Of a DNA stretch of 28,800 nt, positions 16,416-26,324 are shown piece after piece (positions within the stretch are counted from its first letter, which is position 1; the number at the start of each line of letters is the position of its first letter). The position numbers and the translations under genes were made by a program. The notes under the pieces are model-generated. The model was not told where the DNA came from. It saw nothing but the letters and a program-made list of their open reading frames with translations, and did not search any database. The stretch is taken from IMG/VR virus record IMGVR_UViG_3300021968_000005, positions 1 through 28,800 of that record. One strand, given 5' to 3'. This DNA is from a virus. Its lineage: Duplodnaviria > Caudoviricetes.

Positions 16416-16792
16416 GCGCTCCTAACTCAAATTACGGGCCTCCCTTCGGGGCGAACTTCATTCCGAATTTGCAGTACATAACAAATATCACGCGCTCGTT
16501 TCCTGCTATCGTGACCTTTTTAGATGATACTAATTTTACCGTGGCAGAATGGATATCTTTTCGCATCCCTCCTGCCAACGGTATGATTCAACTTAATAAT
16601 GAGAAAGCACAGATAATTTCACTTACTCCAAATACGGTAACAATAGCAGTAGACACGACGAATTTTTATCCGTTTATATATGTTCAAGACCCACAGGTTC
16701 CTTGTGTAGCGGTTCCGGCAGGCTCTGGAATCATACAGGGGACAACGGCGGTCACGTTAGAAGATGCCTTTGATAACGAGCCGACTACATGA
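16412..16792 (+). CDS. Single FCCH-like domain virion protein
   Basis: GTGA overlap start; ITNITRSFPAIVT...FTVAEWISFRIPPANGMIQLN...VDTTNFYPF; tail CVAVPAGSG resembles the 14912 protein's VCVPAGSG. Confidence 0.7.
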   Translation: MSAPNSNYGPPFGANFIPNLQYITNITRSFPAIVTFLDDTNFTVAEWISFRIPPANGMIQLNNEKAQIISLTPNTVTIAVDTTNFYPFIYVQDPQVPCVAVPAGSGIIQGTTAVTLEDAFDNEPTT

Positions 16793-17931
16793 CAATAACA
16801 TTTGTACCAACGTTTCCTTTATATCCGACACTGGCTAATGCCGTCACTAAGACGAGAAAGTTAACTGGTTCGAGCAACTCATTTCAGGTCACGGATAGCT
16901 ACATTGTTCAGCAAATGCATAGTTTTTATTCCTATGACTTGCCAGCTAAGTTTCGATCATTAAAGCTCAAGGATATTTATACATTTACAACGAACGTTGG
17001 CCAAGATGTTTATCCATTCAACAGCGAATTGTATATTACAGTTAATCAACCTTGCACGTGCGCTAAAAGAGAAATAAGATTATTTACCGATCCGTGGTCA
17101 TTTTACGGCTCAAATTTTAACTGGCAGCAGTTTACTAACTTTGCTTCCGGCAACGGAACTACAGGTCCGTACAGCGGTTTCACAACAGCCAACCCGCTTG
17201 TAGCCAGTTTCAACAACGACCCAGGAACCCAGACGAACAGGAACCTATTTTTCCCTCAAGGACGCATTCAAAACGTTCTAATTACGGCAAACGTCATAGG
17301 TGCTAATGGCGTCGGAGAAACCCAGAATGTAACCGATGATGGTCAAGGCAATCTGATTCAAATATTCCAGACAAGCAACAGTACCAATCAAGAGTACGGT
17401 TGGACGTATTATAGGCAATATGCCTCAGCTACGCCTACAGTACCAGGTGGTGCAACAATTAACTATCAAACAGGTGAAATCACCGGCCTTGTCTTTGCTC
17501 AGGCCATACCTGCTGGTACTCCGATACAGATTCAATACAATCCCAAGCTTTTCAATATTCCTCTAGCGATCATGTTCTATCAAAACCAGTTCACATTGTG
17601 CCCAGTGCCAGATGCCGGTTATACAATCGAGCTTACTTGCTATAGACAGCCAATACAAGCCCTTCTGGCGGCCGATATGTCTGGCAACCCAGAATTGTCC
17701 GAGTGGTGGGAAATACTTGCTGTAGGGGCCTCTAAGAAGATCTTCGAGGAAAGACTAGATAGCGACGGTGTCATGTTTATTGACAAAATGCTCAAAGAAA
17801 GATACGACGTCATTGAGACGAGAACGTACGCCCAGATAGGACAGCAAAGAATTAGAACAATTTACACAGATCAGCTTACCGATAATTACGGTTCCTCTGG
17901 CGGTGCCCTTACTAACTTTGGATCGATATGA
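16789..17931 (+). CDS. Putative head-tail adaptor/tail tubular protein
   Basis: Helical N- and C-termini (KTRKLTG...; EWWEILAVGASKKIFEER) flank a beta-rich insert; CPVPDAGYTIEL motif; position. Confidence 0.55.
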   Translation: MTITFVPTFPLYPTLANAVTKTRKLTGSSNSFQVTDSYIVQQMHSFYSYDLPAKFRSLKLKDIYTFTTNVGQDVYPFNSELYITVNQPCTCAKREIRLFTDPWSFYGSNFNWQQFTNFASGNGTTGPYSGFTTANPLVASFNNDPGTQTNRNLFFPQGRIQNVLITANVIGANGVGETQNVTDDGQGNLIQIFQTSNSTNQEYGWTYYRQYASATPTVPGGATINYQTGEITGLVFAQAIPAGTPIQIQYNPKLFNIPLAIMFYQNQFTLCPVPDAGYTIELTCYRQPIQALLAADMSGNPELSEWWEILAVGASKKIFEERLDSDGVMFIDKMLKERYDVIETRTYAQIGQQRIRTIYTDQLTDNYGSSGGALTNFGSI

Positions 17932-18059
17932 AAAAAAAGCAGAAGAGCAAACCGCAGAAAGTTCCGATTCAGGATAAGAAAAAGAAAGTTAAATCGCTAC
18001 CAAACAAACCTATTCCGCTCGGTGGCGGGCCATTTGTTGGGCGACATACAACGGGGTAG
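17928..18059 (+). CDS. 43-aa highly basic microprotein (not in ORF track)
   Basis: MKKKQKSKPQKVPIQDKKKKVKSLPNKPIPLGGGPFVGRHTTG; ATGA overlap with the adaptor gene. Confidence 0.6.
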   Translation: MKKKQKSKPQKVPIQDKKKKVKSLPNKPIPLGGGPFVGRHTTG

Positions 18060-18064
18060 TTCTC

Positions 18065-18202
18065 ATGGTTGTCATCAAGGGAAAAGAAAAAATAGTCAAC
18101 AAGCCACTAGCACCTGCAAAAGCCAAGTTGAGCGAGAAAAATAAGAAGAAATTACGCAACCCTCGAAATGTACAGCCAATACCAACTGTTTGCGTTAGCT
18201 AA
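18065..18202 (+). CDS. 45-aa basic microprotein (not in ORF track)
   Basis: MVVIKGKEKIVNKPLAPAKAKLSEKNKKKLRNPRNVQPIPTVCVS; its stop overlaps the TAAGGAG RBS of the next gene. Confidence 0.6.
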   Translation: MVVIKGKEKIVNKPLAPAKAKLSEKNKKKLRNPRNVQPIPTVCVS

Positions 18203-18210
18203 GGAGAGTT

Positions 18211-18825
18211 ATGCCAATACCAACATACACCCCAGGATATCCACCAGATGGGTCATCTCTTGGGCAAACAAAAGTTGTCATAAGAAATAACCTTGATGGA
18301 ACATTTCAGACACTTGCCGTAGATCATATTGATAATAATGGAAGTCCAGGAAGCAACCCGGCTGGATATCACAAAATTATCCACGAAGTAAGTCAGACGA
18401 ATGTATCGACAGCTACGAATGTTAACCAAGTTTTCTCTGGAGTCCCTGGAACCTTGGTGGTTAATTCGACAACAACCCCAGCAATTCCAAACAATGGTGA
18501 TACGCAACTTTATTCACTTAGTGGCGCAGGGGTTTTATCTCAACTTACAGGGAGTCTTCTTGCTGGAAATGGGTACGCTTGGGTTGGTGGAATCCTATTA
18601 CAATGGGGAACATTTTCCATGGCCTCGAATATTCATTCACAAGGAGTTTCTTACCCGATTGTTTTTCCTCATAATGTCTTTATGCCAGCAGTTATTGGGA
18701 GTACGAGCAACGATCCTGCTGAGGCGGCTGGGGTGAACCTTTCTTCCGTCAGCACGTCAGGATTTACGGCATACAGAACAGGAAACGGCAACCTTAATTA
18801 CACGTTTATAGCCATAGGAAACTAA
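18211..18825 (+). CDS. Short tail-fibre-like protein with gp53-like C-terminal domain
   Basis: C-terminal GNGYAWVGGILLQWG...YPIVFP...SGF...FIAIGN is a typical tail-fibre end domain. Confidence 0.7.
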   Translation: MPIPTYTPGYPPDGSSLGQTKVVIRNNLDGTFQTLAVDHIDNNGSPGSNPAGYHKIIHEVSQTNVSTATNVNQVFSGVPGTLVVNSTTTPAIPNNGDTQLYSLSGAGVLSQLTGSLLAGNGYAWVGGILLQWGTFSMASNIHSQGVSYPIVFPHNVFMPAVIGSTSNDPAEAAGVNLSSVSTSGFTAYRTGNGNLNYTFIAIGN

Positions 18826-21402
18826 ATGTCTTCAGGCTTTCAACAGGTTCTTATCGGCGGATACCCAAGCGGAGGACTTTCTCAGGATAGAAAACCTGCA
18901 TTACTTGCCAATGAAGCCTATTCTGAGCTGAACAATGCCTACGTTTTCCGAGAAAGAACCAAGAAAAGAGACGGTGAAGTCCCCATGGGTCGTCTGTCTC
19001 GCGTCACAACTAATTTCGATATACTAAATAGCGGTGCATCGCCTTGGTCTTTTAATCTCTACACGAAACTTTCTATCACCAAAGAAACTAATGCTGAGAT
19101 ACAACCCGGCAGTGTCAGCATAACTATTGCTACGATAGCCACGCCCTTTGTCGATCAAGGGAACGGAACCTTGACAAACGTTACAAGCCCACTGTTGAAT
19201 TTCGGGACAATTAACTACATGACGGGCGATGTAGTTATCACCGATACGGCAGGTTCTGGTCATGACACGCACGTCACTATGATCTATTATCCCGCTTTGC
19301 CTGTCATGGGGATTTTGAAGCGAGACGTGGCGACGATAGGAATAGATTCGACGGTATTTTTTGATACAAAATACGCCTATCAATACGTCAATGGTTTCCA
19401 GGAATTAGACCCAACAAAGACGTGGACGGGAACAAATACGGACTTTTTTTGGGCAGCTAATTACCAGGGTGCAACGCCGGATTTGAGATATTTTTTCGTT
19501 ACCAACAATAATATTACTCTAGCAGCTTCAACTCCTTATGATCCGATTAGATATTTCAACAATTCTATTTGGACAGATTTACAGCCAATTATTGCAGATA
19601 ATCCTCCGAGCCCAGCTCAATCAAAACTTTGGCAAGCATTAATACTAATTCCTTATTACGGGCGTTTGTTAGCATTAAATACATGGGAAGGTCTTACTTC
19701 TGGCGGTGTTGCAGGGGCGACGAACTTCTTCGCCAGATGCAGATTTAGTCAAATTGGAGACCCTACAAATCAAACCATAGGTTGGAGATCAGATCTATTT
19801 GGTCGTGGTGGATTCGTCGATGCCCCTACAAATGAAAGCATTGTAAGCGCAGCATTTTTTAGAAACACGCTTATAGTATTTTTTGAATATTCTACATGGC
19901 AATTGAGATACATAGGTGAATATGGTTTACCGTTTATTTGGGAAAGGATTTCTTCAGATTTTGGGGCTGTTAGTACTTATAGTCCTATTGTATTTGATCA
20001 GGGAGTCATGGTTGTCAGCGATCGAGGAATTGTTCAAGCTGCTGCCAATGGAGTTACCCGACTAGATGATCAAATTCCTGAGCAAGTTTTTGGCTTTGAA
20101 ATACAAAATAGCGGACCAAATTTTGTCCATGGCGTTCGAGATTTTGAAAAGGAAGTCGTCTACTGGAATTATCTAGATACAGCCAATGCTTCTACGAATC
20201 AGACGTATCCCAACACCGTGTTGATTTTTAATTACAGAAACAATACTTGGGCAAAAAATAGAGATACAATTACATGCTTTGGCCCAAGTCAATTCCAATT
20301 TGGCATTACTTGGGATAGTTTGACGACCTACTGGGATAGCAACGTTTCTTGGGACAATGTCGATGACCAGCAGTACGTCGATTATGTTACCTGTGGGACA
20401 CAGCAGGGATTCATTAATATCTATCAGAATCCAGATGCTGCGACGCCTCAGCCAGTAACAACGCTTTATGCCAATACCATGGCTATAACAGCAATAGATT
20501 TTACCGCGCATCCAACAAAAGTTACAATTCCTAGCCACAATTTGGACAATGGAGAAATTATTTATATTCAGGGTACTCTTTGGGTGTCTGGTTCGCCTCC
20601 TGTTCCTGTTGCTGATCCAGGTATAAATAACAAAATTTACAACGTCACAGTCGTAGATGCCAATACAGTAACGTTAGCCACATGGAACTTTGTATCTCAA
20701 AACTATGATGCCGTTGATATAACCTCATCAGATGTTTATATCGGAGGAGGTCGTGTGACACTATTTCCAAAAATGAACATACAGGGTAAGGACTTTAACC
20801 CGTTTCAGAATGCCGGAAAGCAGTTCAAATTGTCCTTTATCGACTTTCAAATGGATTCGAATCTCTTTTCTCCAGCAATAACAGCGACGACGATACAGTT
20901 GTTTGTAAATAGTTATTTAGACGAGCAGGCTAATCTTCTAAGCACGAACCAGGAACTGATTAATTCATCTCAGGGGTGTGGATTCATCACGAATGCAACA
21001 AAGGCAAATCCCTGCCAGATTACGAGTCCAAATCATAGCCTAATCACAGGGACGCTTATCTACATCGGCAATGTCGTTGGCATGACGCAACTGAATGCTG
21101 CAATTTATACAATTACCGTCGTCGATGCGAATAATTTTACATTGAATAACACGGATTCAACTGGGTTCAGTACATATATTACTGGTGGCGTATGGAATAC
21201 TTCATCCGTTAATGGGCAAACGTACATTCCAGGATCTAAATACGCCTGGTACCGCTTCTATAGCACGCAATTCGGCCAATATCTGCGCATTGGACTAACT
21301 TATGACGACAATCTCATGAATCAATTGGCGACGCACCAAACGCCCATGGAATTGAATGCTATGAATATTTGGTTCCGAGAGGGTGGAAGATTAATAAACT
21401 AG
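18826..21402 (+). CDS. Tail hub/nozzle (P22 gp10/T7 gp12-like) with two inserted FCCH-like domains
   Basis: 858 aa and beta-rich; YYGRLLAL, RFSQIGDP, WERISSDFGAVS, LIFNYRNNTWA propeller-type motifs; position before the ejection genes. Confidence 0.7.
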   Translation: MSSGFQQVLIGGYPSGGLSQDRKPALLANEAYSELNNAYVFRERTKKRDGEVPMGRLSRVTTNFDILNSGASPWSFNLYTKLSITKETNAEIQPGSVSITIATIATPFVDQGNGTLTNVTSPLLNFGTINYMTGDVVITDTAGSGHDTHVTMIYYPALPVMGILKRDVATIGIDSTVFFDTKYAYQYVNGFQELDPTKTWTGTNTDFFWAANYQGATPDLRYFFVTNNNITLAASTPYDPIRYFNNSIWTDLQPIIADNPPSPAQSKLWQALILIPYYGRLLALNTWEGLTSGGVAGATNFFARCRFSQIGDPTNQTIGWRSDLFGRGGFVDAPTNESIVSAAFFRNTLIVFFEYSTWQLRYIGEYGLPFIWERISSDFGAVSTYSPIVFDQGVMVVSDRGIVQAAANGVTRLDDQIPEQVFGFEIQNSGPNFVHGVRDFEKEVVYWNYLDTANASTNQTYPNTVLIFNYRNNTWAKNRDTITCFGPSQFQFGITWDSLTTYWDSNVSWDNVDDQQYVDYVTCGTQQGFINIYQNPDAATPQPVTTLYANTMAITAIDFTAHPTKVTIPSHNLDNGEIIYIQGTLWVSGSPPVPVADPGINNKIYNVTVVDANTVTLATWNFVSQNYDAVDITSSDVYIGGGRVTLFPKMNIQGKDFNPFQNAGKQFKLSFIDFQMDSNLFSPAITATTIQLFVNSYLDEQANLLSTNQELINSSQGCGFITNATKANPCQITSPNHSLITGTLIYIGNVVGMTQLNAAIYTITVVDANNFTLNNTDSTGFSTYITGGVWNTSSVNGQTYIPGSKYAWYRFYSTQFGQYLRIGLTYDDNLMNQLATHQTPMELNAMNIWFREGGRLIN

Positions 21403-21409
21403 AGGCTAC

Positions 21410-21913
21410 ATGACATTTTCTAGTGATCCTTCTCTTAATACAAACCAATTGCCCGTATCTCTTGATGTAAATCCGCAGGAAAACGGTTTTCAAGATATAT
21501 TGCTTCTCTATTTGCGTCGAGTTGCAAATGCCGTAAATACTAAGGAAAGCGGACTATTTTTGCTCCAAGAAAACGCGGCATTCGAACAATGGTTTCAATC
21601 GGGGAATCCTCAACAAAACAGAAACGCTTATCGGATTACCGTAGATCTTGTCTTACTCAACGGCGGCAATATCCCAGCAGGAAGTACAAGCCTTGTTCTG
21701 TCAACGACTACGCAACCCATGCTTATTAATGGCTATCTTTTCCCTGTGCAGGGCTTTGGGGGAGCGGTAGATACTAGCGGACTTTCTTATTTTCTGAATG
21801 ATCCGTCTATTTACGTAAGATATCAAAACTCGACAAATACAATAATTATCCAGAACAACAGCGGAAATGCACTGACGTGGTGCGTATGGGTTCAAGAATA
21901 TTTAAAGGTGTGA
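21410..21913 (+). CDS. Hypothetical tail-associated protein
   Basis: GAGG RBS; LRRVANAVNTKESG helix followed by a beta-rich domain. Confidence 0.7.
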   Translation: MTFSSDPSLNTNQLPVSLDVNPQENGFQDILLLYLRRVANAVNTKESGLFLLQENAAFEQWFQSGNPQQNRNAYRITVDLVLLNGGNIPAGSTSLVLSTTTQPMLINGYLFPVQGFGGAVDTSGLSYFLNDPSIYVRYQNSTNTIIIQNNSGNALTWCVWVQEYLKV

Positions 21914-21963
21914 CTTGTTTTGAAGTAGCAAGTATTACATAATAATCTCCAAAGTGAGGTTTT

Positions 21964-22647
21964 ATGAAAAAGCGGATTATTCCAGGTAGAAGATACAACC
22001 GTTTGATTGTAATAGAAAAAATCGGAAATCGTCTCTGGAAATGTTTATGCGATTGTGGAGAATATTTAAAGGTAGGCACATCTCAACTTGGAAGGCAAAA
22101 ACACTGTCAATATGAATATAGATTGTCTGATGAAAAATATCATGAAAAATTAAGAAAAAACTTTAAGGAAAAGTATATAAAAAAAAATGAATGTTGGTAA
22201 TGGAATAAGTGTGTCCCAAAACATGGATATGGAGTAACGGGCTATCGTAGAAAATCAATATTGGCTCATAGACTTTCTTGGTTTTTATTCAAGGGAATTA
22301 TTCCAGACGGAATAGATGTTTGCCATCACTGTGACAACCCAAAATGCGTTAATCCAAATCATTTGTTTTTAGGAACTGCCAAAGACAATGTAAAAGATTG
22401 TTTTAGTAAAAACAGAAAATCACACAAAGGCGAAAAGCATCCTGGAGCAAAAATTAAAGGACAGGATGTTAAAGAGATATTCGAATTAAGAAAAAACGGT
22501 TGGACTCATCAAAAATTAGCTGATAGATTCAAATTAACTCAATCAACCGTCAACAATATACTTCACAGACGGCTCTGGAAACACATCGATTTAGGTGAGA
22601 TATGGCAGGATTTAGTGAATGGCTCTTCGGAAGCCCAGACAAATTGA
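21964..22647 (+). pseudogene. HNH homing endonuclease with in-frame TAA at 22198-22200
   Basis: One frame: GRRYNRLIVI...WKCLCDCG, NECW*WNKCVPKHGYG...AHRLSW...VCHHCDNPKCVNPNHLFLGTAKDN, then a C-terminal HTH (QKLADRFKLTQSTVNNI). Confidence 0.85.
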
Positions 22648-23264
22648 ATAAAGTTCCGACTGGGACGCCGCAGCAAGAACAGTTACATAATCAAATTCTT
22701 TCTCAAGCCATGGGAATGTCTCAAAATGGTGGTGGTTATAATAGGGCGCAGGACTATTACAGCAATCTCTTGGGACCAAACCAACAGGAAGCCTATAATC
22801 AATTCTCACAGCCATATTTGCAACAATTCCAGGAACAAATGCTTCCTCAGATAGCTGAAAGATTTGCTGGTGCCGGTGCTCTCTCTTCAAGTGGCTTTGG
22901 TCAGGCTCTAGGCGGGGCAACTTCTAATCTTCAATCTCAATTGGCACAACTTTTCTCTCAACTCCAAGGCCAAGCGGCAGGAGCACAGACAAATCAGTTC
23001 AACCAATTGTCTCAGAATGGGCTGAATTATCAACCATTTGCCTACAATCAGGAAGAAGGTTCCCAAGGATTCTTAGGCCCACTTATGGGTGGACTTGCCG
23101 GAGCTTTAGGAGGCCCTCTTGGTTCGGCTTTAGGCTCTGGGATAGGGAGCGGCATTAGTAGTCTGTTTAAAAATTCTCAACAAAATTCTGGACTCACACG
23201 CAGAGGAATTGATTCACTGTTTAAAAATATAAACAGGAATGAAAAATATGGGGGAATAGGTTAA
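22602..23264 (+). CDS. Putative DNA ejection/internal virion protein 1
   Basis: Rich in Q/G/S with a Gly-rich hydrophobic stretch (LGPLMGGLAGALGGPLGSALGSGIG); position after tail genes. Confidence 0.6.
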   Translation: MAGFSEWLFGSPDKLNKVPTGTPQQEQLHNQILSQAMGMSQNGGGYNRAQDYYSNLLGPNQQEAYNQFSQPYLQQFQEQMLPQIAERFAGAGALSSSGFGQALGGATSNLQSQLAQLFSQLQGQAAGAQTNQFNQLSQNGLNYQPFAYNQEEGSQGFLGPLMGGLAGALGGPLGSALGSGIGSGISSLFKNSQQNSGLTRRGIDSLFKNINRNEKYGGIG

Positions 23265-24532
23265 TGCCTCAATATATTAAATCGGGAAATCCACAGGGGA
23301 AATTATCAGAAATGCTCGGAATGAGTCTTGGTCAAGGTCTAGGCAGCGGACTAAATACTTTTTTCGCTAATAGAAGCTTAGACAGCGTTTTACATGACAA
23401 GGCTCTAGAAGGCGCACCGCAAAGTAAGAAATTAGAAGCACTTCGATCGGCATTGAGTCCTTATGGCGAAAAGGGACAAGAGATATTTCAACAAAGAATG
23501 CAAATTGAACAGCAGGAAATGAACGAGCAACAACAAGACGTTCTAGGGCGCGTTGTAGAGGGCCAAAAGGTGCCAGCCAAGGACTTAGCCAAGCTCAGCC
23601 CAGAAAATCAATTGAAGGTCATGCAAATACAGAAAAACCGACAAATCGGGCGTTCTGTCTATGATTCCCTAATTAAGGCCGGTTATCCTGAAGATACTGC
23701 AAAAATATGGCAGAATCAGATGGAAAATGCTCCAACAGGGGGCCAAAGCGACGTAATTAGAAATGTAAATGATTTGATTCGTAGGTCTAAATCTGGGAAG
23801 GGATTAACGGGGCCAGATCAAGCAACGCCACAAACGGCGCCAAACATTGACATACCTGGCACAAACCTAGGTGCATTGCCTCTTGACTTTCCTGAATTGC
23901 CAGAACCAGCAGGCGTCACTCCGGCAGACATGGTGCGTCAAAATGAGTACAGAGAAAAGACAAATACGCCTCTATATAACGAAACTGTCGATCGATTAAA
24001 TGCTCTTGACGATGAGTATCGCGAAGTCAAGCACTTGCAGGATTTGAATGAAACTCCAGGGGCGTTGCCAACAGGTGCGGAAAAGTGGAACGTCGATTGG
24101 GAATCAGGGGATTTGCGCGTCAAGGCTCTCGCAACACCTGAAGCACAAGATTATGCCAAAACGATTGCACGTATGGCTAGACGGGCTAAGGACTTCTTTC
24201 CAGGCCGTGTGACTAACTTCGACTTGGATCAATTCAAACAAGGTTTTCCAACACTAGCAAACAGCCCTGAAGGTCGTCGTCTTATCGCAGAGCAGCTTGC
24301 CCTGGGAAATCGCATTGCCTACCTCAAGGATGAAACTTTTAAGGCAGCCATGGATCACTATGGGTCAGGCGCCGATCCCGTCTTGGTCAAAAAGTATGCT
24401 ACTGAGAATTATAGAAAATTGAAATCTCAATTGGAAGATCAATTGAAAAGTGTTAATGCCCAAGCCAGATCCAAGGTTGAACAAGATGGCGGCAAAACAG
24501 CTCGCCCTTCATTAGATGAGTTGTTGGAATGA
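23264..24532 (+). CDS. Putative DNA ejection/internal virion protein 2
   Basis: 422 aa, helical; N-terminal LGMSLGQGLGSGL; GRVTNFDL...FPTL..SPEG motif; TAATG coupling. Confidence 0.6.
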   Translation: MPQYIKSGNPQGKLSEMLGMSLGQGLGSGLNTFFANRSLDSVLHDKALEGAPQSKKLEALRSALSPYGEKGQEIFQQRMQIEQQEMNEQQQDVLGRVVEGQKVPAKDLAKLSPENQLKVMQIQKNRQIGRSVYDSLIKAGYPEDTAKIWQNQMENAPTGGQSDVIRNVNDLIRRSKSGKGLTGPDQATPQTAPNIDIPGTNLGALPLDFPELPEPAGVTPADMVRQNEYREKTNTPLYNETVDRLNALDDEYREVKHLQDLNETPGALPTGAEKWNVDWESGDLRVKALATPEAQDYAKTIARMARRAKDFFPGRVTNFDLDQFKQGFPTLANSPEGRRLIAEQLALGNRIAYLKDETFKAAMDHYGSGADPVLVKKYATENYRKLKSQLEDQLKSVNAQARSKVEQDGGKTARPSLDELLE

Positions 24533-26295
24533 GTACTAAAGAAAAATATCAAAAGGCCAAGCAGCATGGATATTCTGATCAAGAGATCATGGAACATATG
24601 GCCAAAAAAGATCCAGCTTTTGAAGGAAAAATAGCCAAAGCGAAAGAAGCTGGGTATTCGCCGCAAGAAATTTTAAATTACTATAATTCTGCTCCAAAAC
24701 AAAAAGAAACAGGCGCTGTTGAAGATATTGCCAAACAAGGTGCCCAAGGATTTGGCATAGGATCTCTCGGAACTTATGGAGATATTCTTGACCTTCTAGG
24801 CATACAAAGTGAAGGCATGCTTCCTGGAGAAAAGGAAAAATATGGGCGTGAAAGCGATATTCTCAAAAGTATGCAAGAGGGGAAAAGACCGTCAGCGTCT
24901 GAGATTGCAGAGCTTTCCGGTGACGATGAGATTAGCCCTAGAACTTCTCGGCTGGCTTCATCGCAGAACGTCGAAGAAGTAGGTAAAAAACTTGGTCTCG
25001 TTTCTGAACCAAAAACAGCAGCAGGACGTTATGCTCGTCGCATTGGCAAGATCGGCGGTGGGACAGCATCCTTAGGTGGCGGAGGCATTCTAGCTCCTAT
25101 AGCCGCCGGAACAGCTGGACAGACATTGGAAGAAATTGGTGCACCTCCATGGGCACAGGCAGCAGCAGAGATTGTTGCTGGACTTAAGTTTGCTCCCAAG
25201 ACAAATGTTCCCATCACTTCAAAAAGCAAGGAAGTTGAAAAGGTCATTGTGGATTTGAGAAAAGCAGGATTTGCTGAAAAAGACATTACCTTAGCCAAGA
25301 ATGCCCTGGAAGAACGAAACATTTTGAAGAAGTTTGCCACCCTGACTCCTAAAGCTGAAAATGCAATACAACAAGGAGTAAAAAACAGTGAAGAGCTTTT
25401 CAAGGAACAAATCAAAAAAGGGCTTCCCGGATACGCTGAGGGTGGTTTGCCTTATCTTGAAAAACAGGCTAGTGGAGTTTATCAAGCGATGGAAGAACTG
25501 GCCTCCAGCGTGCCCATAAAAAACAAAGAGCCATTTAGAAAATCCATTCAAGATTCCATTGATTACATGCAAAAATCCGCCCTTCTTCCAGAAGAAAAGC
25601 AGTTCATAGAGTTCCTTAAAGAAGGCCTTGAAAAGGTAGACAAATCCGATACCGCGGACTTCATGACTAGCTTTTACAGAAAACTGGGAAAGTCCGGCAA
25701 GTGGACTGATGCTAAAACAAAAGAACACCTTTTGACGACCGTGCAAAAAGGCATCAAGAATAGCTTCGCAGAGTCGGGCACTGAAGCTGCTAAATTTGGC
25801 AAGTACTTCGAGAAAACAAACGAGGCATGGAAGCACTGGATAAAGACCAGAGACTTCATGGAAACCATCGAGAAAGCTTCTACAGTCGATGGGATGAACT
25901 TCAAGAAGCTTTCCTCCATCTTGAATAATCCAGAAAATCATGAGCTTGCTAAAAAGGTTCTCGGTCCTGAGCAACTTGATAATATTAAGACGATAAACAA
26001 AGGTGCCGAGGCTATAGAATCTCTCCTGAAGCAAATTAAACCAGCAGACCAGTCATCAAAAATGATTAAGTCATTAGAGGCGGCAAGAGCATTTTTTACA
26101 GGATCTTGGAAGACTTTGGGGGCTCTTATGACATATGAAACAGCTAAAAGCGTAGCGACCAAAATTCTTATTGATCCCAAAAAACAGAATATAGCCAAAA
26201 AGCTTATAATAGCCGCTAAGAATAACTCCCCTCAGCAGGCAGCTATTCTAGCGCAAGAATTAGTCGAAGATGATTCCGTCCATCCAGAGAAGTAA
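24529..26295 (+). CDS. Putative DNA ejection/internal virion protein 3
   Basis: 588 aa; repeated N-terminal KAK..GYS..EI motif; central Gly/Ala-rich segment; helical C-terminus. Confidence 0.6.
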   Translation: MSTKEKYQKAKQHGYSDQEIMEHMAKKDPAFEGKIAKAKEAGYSPQEILNYYNSAPKQKETGAVEDIAKQGAQGFGIGSLGTYGDILDLLGIQSEGMLPGEKEKYGRESDILKSMQEGKRPSASEIAELSGDDEISPRTSRLASSQNVEEVGKKLGLVSEPKTAAGRYARRIGKIGGGTASLGGGGILAPIAAGTAGQTLEEIGAPPWAQAAAEIVAGLKFAPKTNVPITSKSKEVEKVIVDLRKAGFAEKDITLAKNALEERNILKKFATLTPKAENAIQQGVKNSEELFKEQIKKGLPGYAEGGLPYLEKQASGVYQAMEELASSVPIKNKEPFRKSIQDSIDYMQKSALLPEEKQFIEFLKEGLEKVDKSDTADFMTSFYRKLGKSGKWTDAKTKEHLLTTVQKGIKNSFAESGTEAAKFGKYFEKTNEAWKHWIKTRDFMETIEKASTVDGMNFKKLSSILNNPENHELAKKVLGPEQLDNIKTINKGAEAIESLLKQIKPADQSSKMIKSLEAARAFFTGSWKTLGALMTYETAKSVATKILIDPKKQNIAKKLIIAAKNNSPQQAAILAQELVEDDSVHPEK

Positions 26296-26324
26296 CAGAA
26301 TCCCTCCAATTATTTGTAATACAA

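Noticed and set aside
3884-22200. Stop-codon reassignment of TAA suggested by two in-frame TAAs
   Set aside because: TAA terminates many clear genes (GroES, terS, portal, scaffold, capsid, tail fibre) at their expected ends; two isolated substitutions or errors are more parsimonious.
23163-23227. CTGTTTAAAAAT direct repeat (SLFKN twice) at the end of ejection protein 1
   Set aside because: A short AT-rich duplication with no further support for a function.
25029-26198. Long antisense ORFs (up to 247 aa) under ejection protein 3, and similar ones under portal, capsid and tail genes
   Set aside because: Shadow frames of well-supported + strand genes, without recognisable motifs.
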